Assembly: GCA_964393185.1 (NCBI GenBank)
Contig: CAYMSO010000002.1
Location: 75,915 to 139,914 of the forward strand
Reading direction: 5' to 3'
DNA from: an uncultured Candidatus Saccharibacteria bacterium
GTDB lineage: Bacteria; Patescibacteriota; Dojkabacteria; J137
DNA: 64,000 nucleotides
Every line of letters begins with the position of its first letter. Positions within the stretch are counted from its first letter, which is position 1. The notes beneath the pieces are model-generated. The model was not told the DNA's origin, searched no databases, and worked only from the letters and a program-made list of their open reading frames with translations. Shown here piece by piece: positions 48,613 to 57,622 of the stretch. The position numbers were made by a program, and so were the translations under genes.

Positions 48613-48668
48613 GTTTTGGGTTGTGAGTTTTGGGTGTTGGGTTATGGGTTATGGGTGTTGGGTTAGGG
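48603..48668 (-). repeat. G-rich heptamer array (GGGTTNT-type, nine GGG tracts) directly after the T-box terminator
   Basis: GGGTTTTTTGGGTTTTGGGTTGTGAGTTTTGGGTGTTGGGTTATGGGTTATGGGTGTTGGGTTAGGG. The reverse complement reads AACCCAT/AACCCAA units. Confidence 0.85.
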
Positions 48669-48708
48669 ATTATTATCGACAGTGCATAAATTGTGTTTTA
48701 TTTAAAAT

Positions 48709-49194
48709 ATGGGCTATATTAAACGCAAAACACTTCGAAAACCGAGCCATAATTACAATGGAAAATATTCATATTTCATAACAATTTGCACGAAAAATAG
48801 GAAGGAATTCTTCGGCAAAATTGTAAATTCGCAGATGAATTTAACCGATATAGGAGAAACTGCATTGCAATGCTGGAATGAAATACCAATTCATTATCCT
48901 GGTACAAAATTAGATAATTTCGTAATCATGCCTGACCACATACATGGAATATTACATTTAGAAGGAGTGGCAACGCATGCGTTGTCACTTCAATCCGAAA
49001 AGCGCAAATATGATAGATTACCACGTGTCATAGGTGGATTTAAATCAGCAGTATCAAAATTAATCCATCAAAAATTCCCTGATAGAAATTTTAAATGGCA
49101 ACGTTCATACAATGATAAAATAATCATGAATGAATACGAATTAGAAAATGTCAGAAAATATATTATTAAAAATCCATCATTAATCAAAAATTAA
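48709..49194 (+). CDS. IS200/Y1 HUH-type transposase-like protein of the REP-associated (RAYT) kind
   Basis: 161 aa. YSYFITICTKNR, HUH motif MPDHIHGIL, C-terminal WQRSYNDKII (catalytic Tyr region), YIIKNP. Confidence 0.75.
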   Translation: MGYIKRKTLRKPSHNYNGKYSYFITICTKNRKEFFGKIVNSQMNLTDIGETALQCWNEIPIHYPGTKLDNFVIMPDHIHGILHLEGVATHALSLQSEKRKYDRLPRVIGGFKSAVSKLIHQKFPDRNFKWQRSYNDKIIMNEYELENVRKYIIKNPSLIKN

Positions 49195-49226
49195 AATTTA
49201 AAAAAATCATATATTAATAAAAGTCT

Positions 49227-51200
49227 ATGACAAACTCACAAATCTCAAACCACACAACCTCATTTAAAAACTCAAAACTCGAAACTCAAGACCACAAGTC
49301 ATCAAAACAAATACGACACGACTTCATCAATTTCTGGACCTCAAGTCCTAGAAACGCAAAAGAAGTACCAAATGTTTCTCTTGTTCCAAACAACGATCCA
49401 ACTTTACTTTTCGTTAATTCAGGAATGTTTCCAATTAATCCATATTTAGCAGGTCAGCCGCACCCATTGGGAACTAGACTTTGCAATTTACAAAGATGCT
49501 TGAGAACAAACTATGACGAAATGCTCGAAATTGGAGATAACAGGCACACATTAATGTTTGAAATGATGGGTAATTGGTCTTTGGGTGACTTTACAAAAGT
49601 TGATCAAATTCCGTGGATTATGGAATTCTGGGTTAAAGTTTGCGGACTTGATCCTAAAAGACTTTATGTTTCAGTTTTCGAAGGCAATGATGCTGCACCA
49701 CGCGATGATTTGGCAATTGAAACCTGGAAGAAAACCTTCAGAGAGTATGGCGTTGAAGCAGAATTCTCAGATGATATAACAAATATTCCAAAAGATCTAA
49801 AAGAAGGTGAAACATGGAAATATAGAATTTTCCCCTATGGTAAAAAGAAAAATTGGTGGCAAAGAGCTGCTGATGCACCAGGAGAATTAGGCGGCCCAAC
49901 ATCAGAAATGTTTTACGATATGGGAGAAATTATTCAACAACAGGATAAATATCATATTAATGATGATTCTGGAAGATTCATTGAAATTGGGAATAACGTT
50001 TTCATGGAATATAAATTTAGCGAGGAAGGTAAATGGGTTCTAATGGACAAGAAAAATATTGACTTTGGTGGTGGATTCGAAAGAGTAGTTATGATTGTAC
50101 AAAATAAAAAAGATATTTTCGAAACAGATGTGTATGAAGAAGTTCTGGGAGAAATTGAAAAAATCTCAGGCAAACCCTATAAGAAAGATGGCACTGAATA
50201 CGAAATGACTAAATATTTTAGGATTTTAGCTGATCATTCAAGAGCTGCAACATTTATTTTAGCTGACGGGGTTTTGCCTTCAAATAAAGATCAAGGTTAT
50301 ATTCTCAGAAGATTTATTCGAAGATTAGTACGTTATGGAATTATGCTTGGTATAGAAGGTAATTTTACAAAAACTCTTTCAAAAGCTGTAGTCAATTCAA
50401 TGAATTATGCTTATCCGCACCTTAAAGAGAATGAAGACAAGATTCTAGAAGAAATTGAAAAAGAAGAAATTAAATTTAGAAAGACCCTGACTAATGGATT
50501 AAAAGAAATTAGGAAAATGATTGATAGCAAGGTAAATATAGATGGTAAAAAAGCTTTTTATATTTACGAAACCTATGGTTTTCCTTTAGAAATGACTTTA
50601 GATGAATTCAATATTTCAGAAGATTATCAAATTGAAGAGATAAGTAAAGAATTTAATGAAGAACAAGAAAAGCATAGATCACAGTCAAAAGCAGGTGCAG
50701 AACAAAAGTTTAAAGGAGGCCTAGCTGATCAATCTGTAGAAACTACTAAACTGCATACAGCTCATCATCTGCTATTGAAAGCACTGCAACAAGTTTTAGG
50801 TTCAGAAGTTAAGCAACGAGGAAGTAATATTACAGGCGAAAGATTAAGAATTGATTTTAACTATGGAGATAAATTAACAGATGAGCAGGTCAAACAAGTT
50901 GAAGATATAGTTAATCAAAAAATCGCAGAAGGATTAGCAGTAAAAAGAGTTGAAATGCCAAAAGATGAGGCTGAAAAAATTGGAGCGCAAATGGAATTTG
51001 GACAGAAATATCCTGATACAGTTTCAGTTTACTTTATTGGTGCTGATGAAAATAATAAAGGCTGGTTCTCAGCTGAGTTCTGTGGTGGACCACATGTTAA
51101 AAATACTAAAGAAATTGGTGAAGGTGGAAAGAAATTTAAAATCCAAAAGCAGGAAAATGTAGGTGCAGGAACTAGGAGAATTAAAGCTATTTTGCAATAG
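49227..51200 (+). CDS. alaS: Alanine--tRNA ligase, short form (no C-Ala domain)
   Basis: IRHDFINFW, catalytic core, editing domain HTAHHLL and CGGPHV...GTRRIKAI, then a stop 2 aa later. The first ~25 codons overlap a heptamer array. Confidence 0.9.
   Translation: MTNSQISNHTTSFKNSKLETQDHKSSKQIRHDFINFWTSSPRNAKEVPNVSLVPNNDPTLLFVNSGMFPINPYLAGQPHPLGTRLCNLQRCLRTNYDEMLEIGDNRHTLMFEMMGNWSLGDFTKVDQIPWIMEFWVKVCGLDPKRLYVSVFEGNDAAPRDDLAIETWKKTFREYGVEAEFSDDITNIPKDLKEGETWKYRIFPYGKKKNWWQRAADAPGELGGPTSEMFYDMGEIIQQQDKYHINDDSGRFIEIGNNVFMEYKFSEEGKWVLMDKKNIDFGGGFERVVMIVQNKKDIFETDVYEEVLGEIEKISGKPYKKDGTEYEMTKYFRILADHSRAATFILADGVLPSNKDQGYILRRFIRRLVRYGIMLGIEGNFTKTLSKAVVNSMNYAYPHLKENEDKILEEIEKEEIKFRKTLTNGLKEIRKMIDSKVNIDGKKAFYIYETYGFPLEMTLDEFNISEDYQIEEISKEFNEEQEKHRSQSKAGAEQKFKGGLADQSVETTKLHTAHHLLLKALQQVLGSEVKQRGSNITGERLRIDFNYGDKLTDEQVKQVEDIVNQKIAEGLAVKRVEMPKDEAEKIGAQMEFGQKYPDTVSVYFIGADENNKGWFSAEFCGGPHVKNTKEIGEGGKKFKIQKQENVGAGTRRIKAILQ
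49231..49297 (+). repeat. C/A-rich heptamer array overlapping the 5' end of alaS
   Basis: CAAACTC ACAAATC TCAAACC ACACAAC CTCATTT AAAAACT CAAAACT CGAAACT CAAGACC. Confidence 0.7.
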
Positions 51201-51269
51201 AATACTACGATCTTGAGTTCAAGGTATCTTTTACTGTTTGAGTTTACTCTTTAAAAGTTGCTCTAAAAC

Positions 51270-51671
51270 TTACAGTTCTCGAACGCCGATATCCATAACT
51301 GGCTCGGACACATTTATAATGTTAAATACTTGATCGCAGCCTTCAAAATTAATGCTGCCCTGTGAACCAAGTTGTATGTTGTTAGTTGAATAATTAATCA
51401 ATACAAATGGACCTATTCCAGTATGCAGGTCTTTCGAACTTTTTGCTGATGTGATATAAGTATCATTAAATTTGGCAACTTGCATGATTTTAAAAATAGC
51501 AAGACCTAGACTCCCACCCTCATGACTACTAACATTCATTACAAAAGAAGCATTAAAACACAATTGTCTGCCATCTTGATCACTAACAGTTAAGTTTTTA
51601 ACACACTGTCTATCCTCGAACATTTCGAAAAAAGCTTTTGCCTGCACATTGTTATTTGTTGCTAAATCCAT
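51270..51671 (-). CDS. Hypothetical protein
   Basis: 133-aa ORF, no motif. Confidence 0.3.
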   Translation of the reverse strand: MDLATNNNVQAKAFFEMFEDRQCVKNLTVSDQDGRQLCFNASFVMNVSSHEGGSLGLAIFKIMQVAKFNDTYITSAKSSKDLHTGIGPFVLINYSTNNIQLGSQGSINFEGCDQVFNIINVSEPVMDIGVREL

Positions 51672-51830
51672 TTATTGTGTTTAATTATTTTGAAACAGGA
51701 AATTATAGCAAGAAAATCAATTAACGTATTATGTCATTATCGAGTGACAGCTTGGCGAGATCGTATATATTATTTACTCAATTATATTTTAGGCAAAAGT
51801 AAATCAAATCTACTAAATTTACAGAAAATG

Positions 51831-51859
51831 TTGACATCGCTATAAAGCATACATATACT
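51831..51859 (+). promoter_or_regulatory. Consensus-like promoter TTGACA-17 nt-TATACT for the major pilin gene
   Basis: Read directly. 44 nt upstream of the ATG at 51904. Confidence 0.6.
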
Positions 51860-51903
51860 AAATTAGTTTTAATTTACTATTTATTTATTATATTTTTGTA
51901 AAT

Positions 51904-52347
51904 ATGAGTAATACACTCAAAAGCAAAAAAGGATTCACACTGGTAGAAATCCTTGTAGTAGTTGGTTTAATCGCTATTTTGGCAACCATTACTATTGTGG
52001 CCATTAACCCAGGAAAAAACTATAGAGATACAAGAAATTTAAAGCGAAGAGCACACTTATCAGAAATTCTTAGTGCTACAACTCAATTTATTTCAGAAGA
52101 AGGAAATTCTGTAGCAGGATTAGGCTCTATTCCTGCATGCACAGGTACACCAGCAGCTATCGGAACAGGAGCTGGAAATGTTAACTTAGCAGCAGTTTTA
52201 GTTGATGAATACATCCCAGAAATACCTACAGATCCACAAGGTGGAACACAAGAAGATACAGGCTACGAAATATGCCTTACAAGCCCTGGGGAAAGAGTTC
52301 AATTAAGAGCTCCTAGTGCTGAGGGTGAGACAATAGTAGTTAAGTAA
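51904..52347 (+). CDS. Type IV pilin (major pilin candidate)
   Basis: Class III signal KKGFTLVEILVVVGLIAILATI with Glu at +5. 147 aa. Confidence 0.8.
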   Translation: MSNTLKSKKGFTLVEILVVVGLIAILATITIVAINPGKNYRDTRNLKRRAHLSEILSATTQFISEEGNSVAGLGSIPACTGTPAAIGTGAGNVNLAAVLVDEYIPEIPTDPQGGTQEDTGYEICLTSPGERVQLRAPSAEGETIVVK

Positions 52348-52371
52348 ACACTAACTTAGAAAAAGTATTGA

Positions 52372-52410
52372 TGACCTTAAAATCATTCTTTAAGAATGAT
52401 TTTAAGGTCA
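52372..52410 (+). terminator. Perfect 17-bp hairpin between the pilin gene and pilB (attenuator/terminator candidate)
   Basis: TGACCTTAAAATCATTC-TTTAA-GAATGATTTTAAGGTCA. Confidence 0.55.
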
Positions 52411-52429
52411 TAGTTAATTAATTTTGAGT

Positions 52430-53800
52430 ATGAAGCTAGTTACTAATTTAGAAGGAAGCAGTTCAGACAAAAAAAAGAAAGTAGATGTATCGACCAGAAC
52501 AGAAGATACAAAACCCACAAGTAGTGGATCAAGTTTTTATAATAAAGCCACAGAAAGCACAACTAGTGCACAAAATCATGCTCCTTATTCTGAGCCAGAA
52601 AAAACAGTTTATGCAAACACCGGTTCAGAACAAGGAGTAGGAGGGATCTTGAATGATTTAGTAGTAGTGGCATTAAATAAGGGTGCATCCGATATACATA
52701 TCGAACCTACAGAAGAAGCAGTTGTAGTAAGGTACAGAATAGATGGCATACTTAGAGATGCATTTAAAATCGAAAAAAAATACGAAGAATCTCTGATCTT
52801 CAAAATTAAAGTCAATGCCAAGCTAAGAACCGACGAACATTTCGCACCTCAAGATGGAAGAATTACTTTTGAAGTTGGCAAAAAAGTCGATACAAGAATT
52901 TCTATACTACCAACAACAAAAGGTGAGAAAGTAGTCATGAGACTTCTGTCTAAAGAAGGTAAGTCTTTTAAACTAGAAGATTTAGGTATGGGAGAGGAGG
53001 ATTTACTGAAAGTAACCAGAGCATATCTTAAACCTTACGGATCTATAATAGTATCTGGACCAACTGGTTCGGGAAAAACAACAACTTTGTATTCTATTCT
53101 TCAGATAATTAACTCGAGAGATATAAACATTACTACAGTTGAGGATCCGGTGGAATACGAAATTGAAGGCGTTAATCATGTCCAAATTAATGTTAAGGCA
53201 GGTCTAACTTTTGCAAAAGGTTTAAGATCAATACTTAGACAAGATCCTAATATAATAATGATAGGTGAAATCAGAGACGCCGAAACTGCAGAAATTGCAA
53301 CAAATTCGGCTATGACAGGCCACTTAGTGTTATCTACCATCCACACTAATGATGCCATCACAACCATTCCAAGACTAATCGATATGGGAGTAGACCCCTA
53401 TCTAATTGCAAATACCCTAAATGTAGTGATTGCCCAGAGACTTGCGCGAAGACTTTGCCAAAAATGTAAAGTTGAATACAAAATTACACAAAAAGATTTA
53501 GATGCACTAAGTTATTATCGACCAGACTTAACCAAGCTTTTAAAACCTGAAGAAACAGTATTTAAAGAAACAGGTTGTAAAGAGTGCGCTTCTGGATTTA
53601 AAGGTAGAGTTGGTCTTTACGAAGTACTAGAAATCACCGAAGAAATGCAAAAACTTATTCTATTAAAAACCAGTACAGACGAGATATTTAAAGTTGCTCG
53701 ATCTAAAGGATTAAAGTTGATTGTTGAAGATGGAATTGATAAGCTAAGAAAAGGAATTACCAGTCTTAGCGAAGTAATGAGGGTTACTGCATTAAAATAA
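52430..53800 (+). CDS. pilB: Type IV pilus assembly ATPase (GspE/PilB family)
   Basis: Walker A SGPTGSGKTTT, Asp box, Walker B IIMIGEIRD, His box STIHTND, tetracysteine CQKC...CKEC. Confidence 0.9.
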   Translation: MKLVTNLEGSSSDKKKKVDVSTRTEDTKPTSSGSSFYNKATESTTSAQNHAPYSEPEKTVYANTGSEQGVGGILNDLVVVALNKGASDIHIEPTEEAVVVRYRIDGILRDAFKIEKKYEESLIFKIKVNAKLRTDEHFAPQDGRITFEVGKKVDTRISILPTTKGEKVVMRLLSKEGKSFKLEDLGMGEEDLLKVTRAYLKPYGSIIVSGPTGSGKTTTLYSILQIINSRDINITTVEDPVEYEIEGVNHVQINVKAGLTFAKGLRSILRQDPNIIMIGEIRDAETAEIATNSAMTGHLVLSTIHTNDAITTIPRLIDMGVDPYLIANTLNVVIAQRLARRLCQKCKVEYKITQKDLDALSYYRPDLTKLLKPEETVFKETGCKECASGFKGRVGLYEVLEITEEMQKLILLKTSTDEIFKVARSKGLKLIVEDGIDKLRKGITSLSEVMRVTALK

Positions 53801-54030
53801 AAAACTACGAACTGAAGTTCATAGTTTTATGTTGTTAATGAAGAAGCTTAATTAAAAGACTAATCTCCATCCATTGGCTAAAGCCAATGGTTTTAAGATT
53901 AGTTTACAATAAAAAACTACGGACGTAAGTCCATAGTTTTATATTATTAAGTAAGAAGCTTAATTTGAAGACTAATCTCCTTCCATTGGCTAAAGCCAAT
54001 GATTTTAAGATTAGTTTACAATAAAGTAGC
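53800..54030 (+). repeat. Two tandem copies of a ~115-nt structured repeat in the pilB-pilC spacer
   Basis: Copies 53800-53912 and 53913-54030 are about 90 percent identical by eye. Each has hairpin 1 (AAAACTA-C-GAAC-TGAA-GTTC-A-TAGTTTT) and a long hairpin with inner stem CCATTGGC-TAAA-GCCAATGG and outer stem GACTAATCT/AGATTAGTT. Confidence 0.85.
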
Positions 54031-54112
54031 CAATTGAACTACACTCTATTATAAAAATTGCTCTACAAGCCACAACAAAATCAATGGGCCTAAGAGTGAA
54101 ACAATAAAAATT

Positions 54113-55261
54113 ATGTTTTGGAAAAAAAAGTCGAATTCTGCTCTGCAAGAAGAGCATGCACAAAGCAAACCAGACAAAAAGAAAAATGTAATGTCTGCTG
54201 AATTTCATATATTTGGAGTTTCTAAAATAGCTATTGCTTTAAGCATAAGACATTTATCCTTAATGCTAAAATCAGGACTTGCGCTGGGAGATGCAATTCA
54301 GATACTTGCCGAAAAAACTATTGACACTAGACTACAGAAAACATATTCAAAAATTTCTCAAAATATTCAATCAGGTATGACTCTTAGCGATTCAATGAAA
54401 GAACATCCAAAAGTCTTTAGTGATATAGTCATATCCATTGTAAGTATAGGAGAACAAGGTGGAACCTTAGAGAAAAATTTAGAATTTTTGGCAGATTATT
54501 TAAAAAAAGGTCACGAACTAAGCAAAAAAGTTAAAGGTGCTTTGATTTATCCAGGTATAGTCTTTACTATGACAATTGTAGAAATGGTAGGAGTTATGTT
54601 TTTTATTTTACCTAAGCTAGAAGAATTATTTTCATCTTTCTCTAATATACCCAAATTTACGCAAGGTATATTGAACATTTCATTATTCATGAGAGAAAAT
54701 GTGCTATTTATAGTAATAGGAATATTATTAATAATAACTTCCTGGATCGTGTTCATGCGAACGAAAAGAGGAAAGTACTTCAAAGATTGGATGTCTTTGA
54801 ATTTACCTGTAATAAAAAGCCTAACTTCTAATAATATTTTGGCAACATTTGCAAGAACACTCGGTATACTCTTAGAAACAGGTATACCTATTGTTCACGC
54901 ACTAGAAATCACTTCGAGTACAGTAGGCAATAGAATATACCAAAAAGCTCTAACGCAAGTACACGACAGCGTAAAATCAGGGCAGAACTTGGCTCAGTCG
55001 CTGGAGCAATTCGAAAAGTTATTCCCTCCAACCTTTACTAAGATGGTAGAAATCGGAGAAAATACCGCTTCGTTGGAAACTAACTTAGGATACCTTTATG
55101 ACTTTCATGCAAATGAAGTTGAAGATATTAGCACAAATCTTACAACCCTAATAGAACCCATATTATTAATCTTTATAGGCTCGATGATTGGATTACTAGC
55201 TATAATTATTATAGGGCCAATTTATCAATTTACTGGAAGTGTTAGTACAACTCCTACATGA
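54113..55261 (+). CDS. pilC: Type IV pilus platform protein (GspF/PilC family)
   Basis: 382 aa, duplicated GspF domains, 3 TM helices. Confidence 0.9.
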   Translation: MFWKKKSNSALQEEHAQSKPDKKKNVMSAEFHIFGVSKIAIALSIRHLSLMLKSGLALGDAIQILAEKTIDTRLQKTYSKISQNIQSGMTLSDSMKEHPKVFSDIVISIVSIGEQGGTLEKNLEFLADYLKKGHELSKKVKGALIYPGIVFTMTIVEMVGVMFFILPKLEELFSSFSNIPKFTQGILNISLFMRENVLFIVIGILLIITSWIVFMRTKRGKYFKDWMSLNLPVIKSLTSNNILATFARTLGILLETGIPIVHALEITSSTVGNRIYQKALTQVHDSVKSGQNLAQSLEQFEKLFPPTFTKMVEIGENTASLETNLGYLYDFHANEVEDISTNLTTLIEPILLIFIGSMIGLLAIIIIGPIYQFTGSVSTTPT

Positions 55262-55719
55262 AAGCTTTATGTTCGAAAAGAGGCTTTACATTAGTTGAGA
55301 TGCTTATTGTTATGGGCTTACTTGTAAGTGCAACAGCCGTAATTATACCCATATCTGTAAAACTTCTTAGAAGCAATCGCACAGAATCAGTAGCCAAAAG
55401 TGTCTATTCAGATACATTTCTTACGCAGCAGAATGCATACACAGGACTAGGTAATACTAACCACGGCATAGCATTCTTTGTTAACAGGTACGAAATATAT
55501 ACAGGCAATTCTTTAAGCGAAGCAACAAGTAAAGAAATAGTTTATCTTCCTAATAACGTAAGTATTATAAACATAAATTTTAATACCTCTAACGAAGTAA
55601 GATTTGCAAGAGGTGCGTTTAGACCAGTAGCTGATGGTAGTTTTATAGTGAGCGATGCCAGTAATTCTTACTTAATAACTATTAACAAGGAAGGCGCAAT
55701 TTTCTATGAAAAGATTTAA
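55258..55719 (+). CDS. Minor pilin / pseudopilin
   Basis: KRGFTLVEMLIVMGLL prepilin signal. ATGA overlap with pilC. Confidence 0.75.
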   Translation: MKALCSKRGFTLVEMLIVMGLLVSATAVIIPISVKLLRSNRTESVAKSVYSDTFLTQQNAYTGLGNTNHGIAFFVNRYEIYTGNSLSEATSKEIVYLPNNVSIININFNTSNEVRFARGAFRPVADGSFIVSDASNSYLITINKEGAIFYEKI

Positions 55720-57622
55720 CAATAAAGGTTTTAGTTTAGTCGAAATTATTTTGGCAATAAGTTTATTTACACTTGTTATTTCTAGCGTAGTCTTTTTTTC
55801 TATAGATTCGTACAGATTTACACAAACTAATGAGAAAAGAATAAAAGCGGCTTTATACATTCAAGAAACGATGAATGCTTTAACCCTTAGTAAGCACGAA
55901 CTTTGGCAAAATATTTTAGAAAATACAGATGATGGCGAAAAATCTATATTGTACCAAGATAACAAATATCGATTAGTTGATGGTCCTTCTACCAAAAACG
56001 GAATCACTACTAGCTTCACAATAAACAAGGTATTTAGAGATGCCAATGGAAATATAATTGATACAGGTGGAATAGAGGACTTACATACTCGTAAAATAGA
56101 TATAACATCACGATGGCCAGACCTAACCGGTGCAAATGTTACTGTCAGCAACAGAATTTATGTTAGTGATTGGCAAACTATTACCTGGCAGCAATCCACA
56201 AATACAGAGTTTAGTCTAGGGCAGTTAAGCCAAACACTTGTTACAAATAACTCAGGTGGTGAAGTTGAATTGGAAAAAGAATTAGTTACTGACTGGTGCA
56301 AACCTGAACTTACCCAAGCGGTATACAATTTACCAGGTAGTGGTGCACCTACACTAATTAGCTCGCTTCCAGGTAATGCTTATATTGGCTCAAGTTCTAC
56401 AAGCTCATCCTTGCAAGGTATTGATATTAATCACTCAGTAAGTCCGGCTACTGTAAATGTTAATAGTACTTTTACTGGTTATGCAACCAAGGCAATTTTT
56501 GCAGAACCAAACTATGCATACTTGGCAACAACTAGTAATAGCAAAGAAGTTGTAATAGTTAATACTTCCACAAATCCTTTTACCGAAATTGGTTATTTTA
56601 ATGCGTCAGGTACGGCCGATGCTGAAAGCGTTGCAGTGGCTGGCAATGTAGGTTATGTTGCACACGGTAGAGTCTTAAGTTCATTTAATCTTTCTAGCAA
56701 AACTGGATCAAGAGCAGTAATAGATACAATAACATTAAGCTCATATTTTGCATATATAACAGAAATAGAAATAAGAGGAAACTACTTATATGCTACTTTA
56801 TATAATGATTTAGATGAATTGGTGATTGTAGATATATCCAATCCCAGCAACTTAAGAGAAGTAGCAACTGGAGATGTAAACGTTCAACAAGCATACGATC
56901 TATTTGTTTCGGAGGATGGAAACAAAGTGTATTTTGGCACAAATTCCTCTTCAGCTAAAGACTTTTTTGTAATAGATACCTCAGTAAAATCAGGAGTACG
57001 ACCGGTAATTGGACAATACGAAACAAATGGTATGTCTGTACGTGGAGTAACAGTAATAGACAATAGAGCCATAATCGTAGGAACTGGTGGAGAAGAGTAC
57101 CAGGTAGTTGATGTGAGTAATCCGGCTTCGATGACTCGTTGTGGAGGATTGCAAGTTAATACAGGGCTTACAGGTGTAAATTCTGTAACAACTTTGGATG
57201 GCGACAGGTATTCGTACGTAATAGGAAATGATACTTCTGCAGAATTTAGAATTGTACAAGGTGGTCTTGGCAATGGCTATGGATACAGATATTTAGAAAC
57301 TGGCACATTTGCTTCACCTATTCACGATACCGGGTCTAGCAAAACAGCATATTATGTAATTGAGTGGAAAAGCCAGATTCCGCAATCTACTAACCTAAGA
57401 TTACAATTAAAAGTAGGGAATCAACCTGATTTGAGTGATGGAGTTCTTGTTGGACCAGACGGAACTGGCAATACATATTTTACTAACTCACTTGGTGAGT
57501 TTATAAATTACTCGGCCAGTAAGAATAAAAGATACTTTCAGGTAGTGGCTTATTTTAACTCTGATTCTGAGCTTATTAATTCTCCAGTTTTAGAAGAATT
57601 TAAAATTAATTATCAAAAATGA
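55706..57622 (+). CDS. Giant pilin-like protein: prepilin N-terminus fused to an LVIVD-repeat beta-propeller-like domain
   Basis: NKGFSLVEIILAISLF signal. LVIVD-type repeats VVIVNTSTNP, LVIVDISNPSNL, FFVIDTSVKS, YQVVDVSNPASM. Confidence 0.7.
   Translation: MKRFNNKGFSLVEIILAISLFTLVISSVVFFSIDSYRFTQTNEKRIKAALYIQETMNALTLSKHELWQNILENTDDGEKSILYQDNKYRLVDGPSTKNGITTSFTINKVFRDANGNIIDTGGIEDLHTRKIDITSRWPDLTGANVTVSNRIYVSDWQTITWQQSTNTEFSLGQLSQTLVTNNSGGEVELEKELVTDWCKPELTQAVYNLPGSGAPTLISSLPGNAYIGSSSTSSSLQGIDINHSVSPATVNVNSTFTGYATKAIFAEPNYAYLATTSNSKEVVIVNTSTNPFTEIGYFNASGTADAESVAVAGNVGYVAHGRVLSSFNLSSKTGSRAVIDTITLSSYFAYITEIEIRGNYLYATLYNDLDELVIVDISNPSNLREVATGDVNVQQAYDLFVSEDGNKVYFGTNSSSAKDFFVIDTSVKSGVRPVIGQYETNGMSVRGVTVIDNRAIIVGTGGEEYQVVDVSNPASMTRCGGLQVNTGLTGVNSVTTLDGDRYSYVIGNDTSAEFRIVQGGLGNGYGYRYLETGTFASPIHDTGSSKTAYYVIEWKSQIPQSTNLRLQLKVGNQPDLSDGVLVGPDGTGNTYFTNSLGEFINYSASKNKRYFQVVAYFNSDSELINSPVLEEFKINYQK

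Larger units (their letters stand above)
48603..49297 (+). mobile_element. Candidate RAYT cassette: inverted heptamer arrays flanking the Y1 transposase gene
   Basis: Left array is G/T-rich and right array C/A-rich on the + strand, so they form imperfect inverted repeats about 560 bp apart enclosing only this gene. Confidence 0.4.

Noticed and set aside
48419-48781. 120-aa ORF in the track
   Set aside because: It spans the T-box leader, its terminator and the G-rich heptamer array (translating to WVVSFGCWVMGYGCWV). It is a non-coding region read as protein.
54011-54208. 65-aa minus-strand ORF between pilB and pilC
   Set aside because: It overlaps the structured repeat and the pilC start. 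It has low-complexity hydrophobic content and no support.
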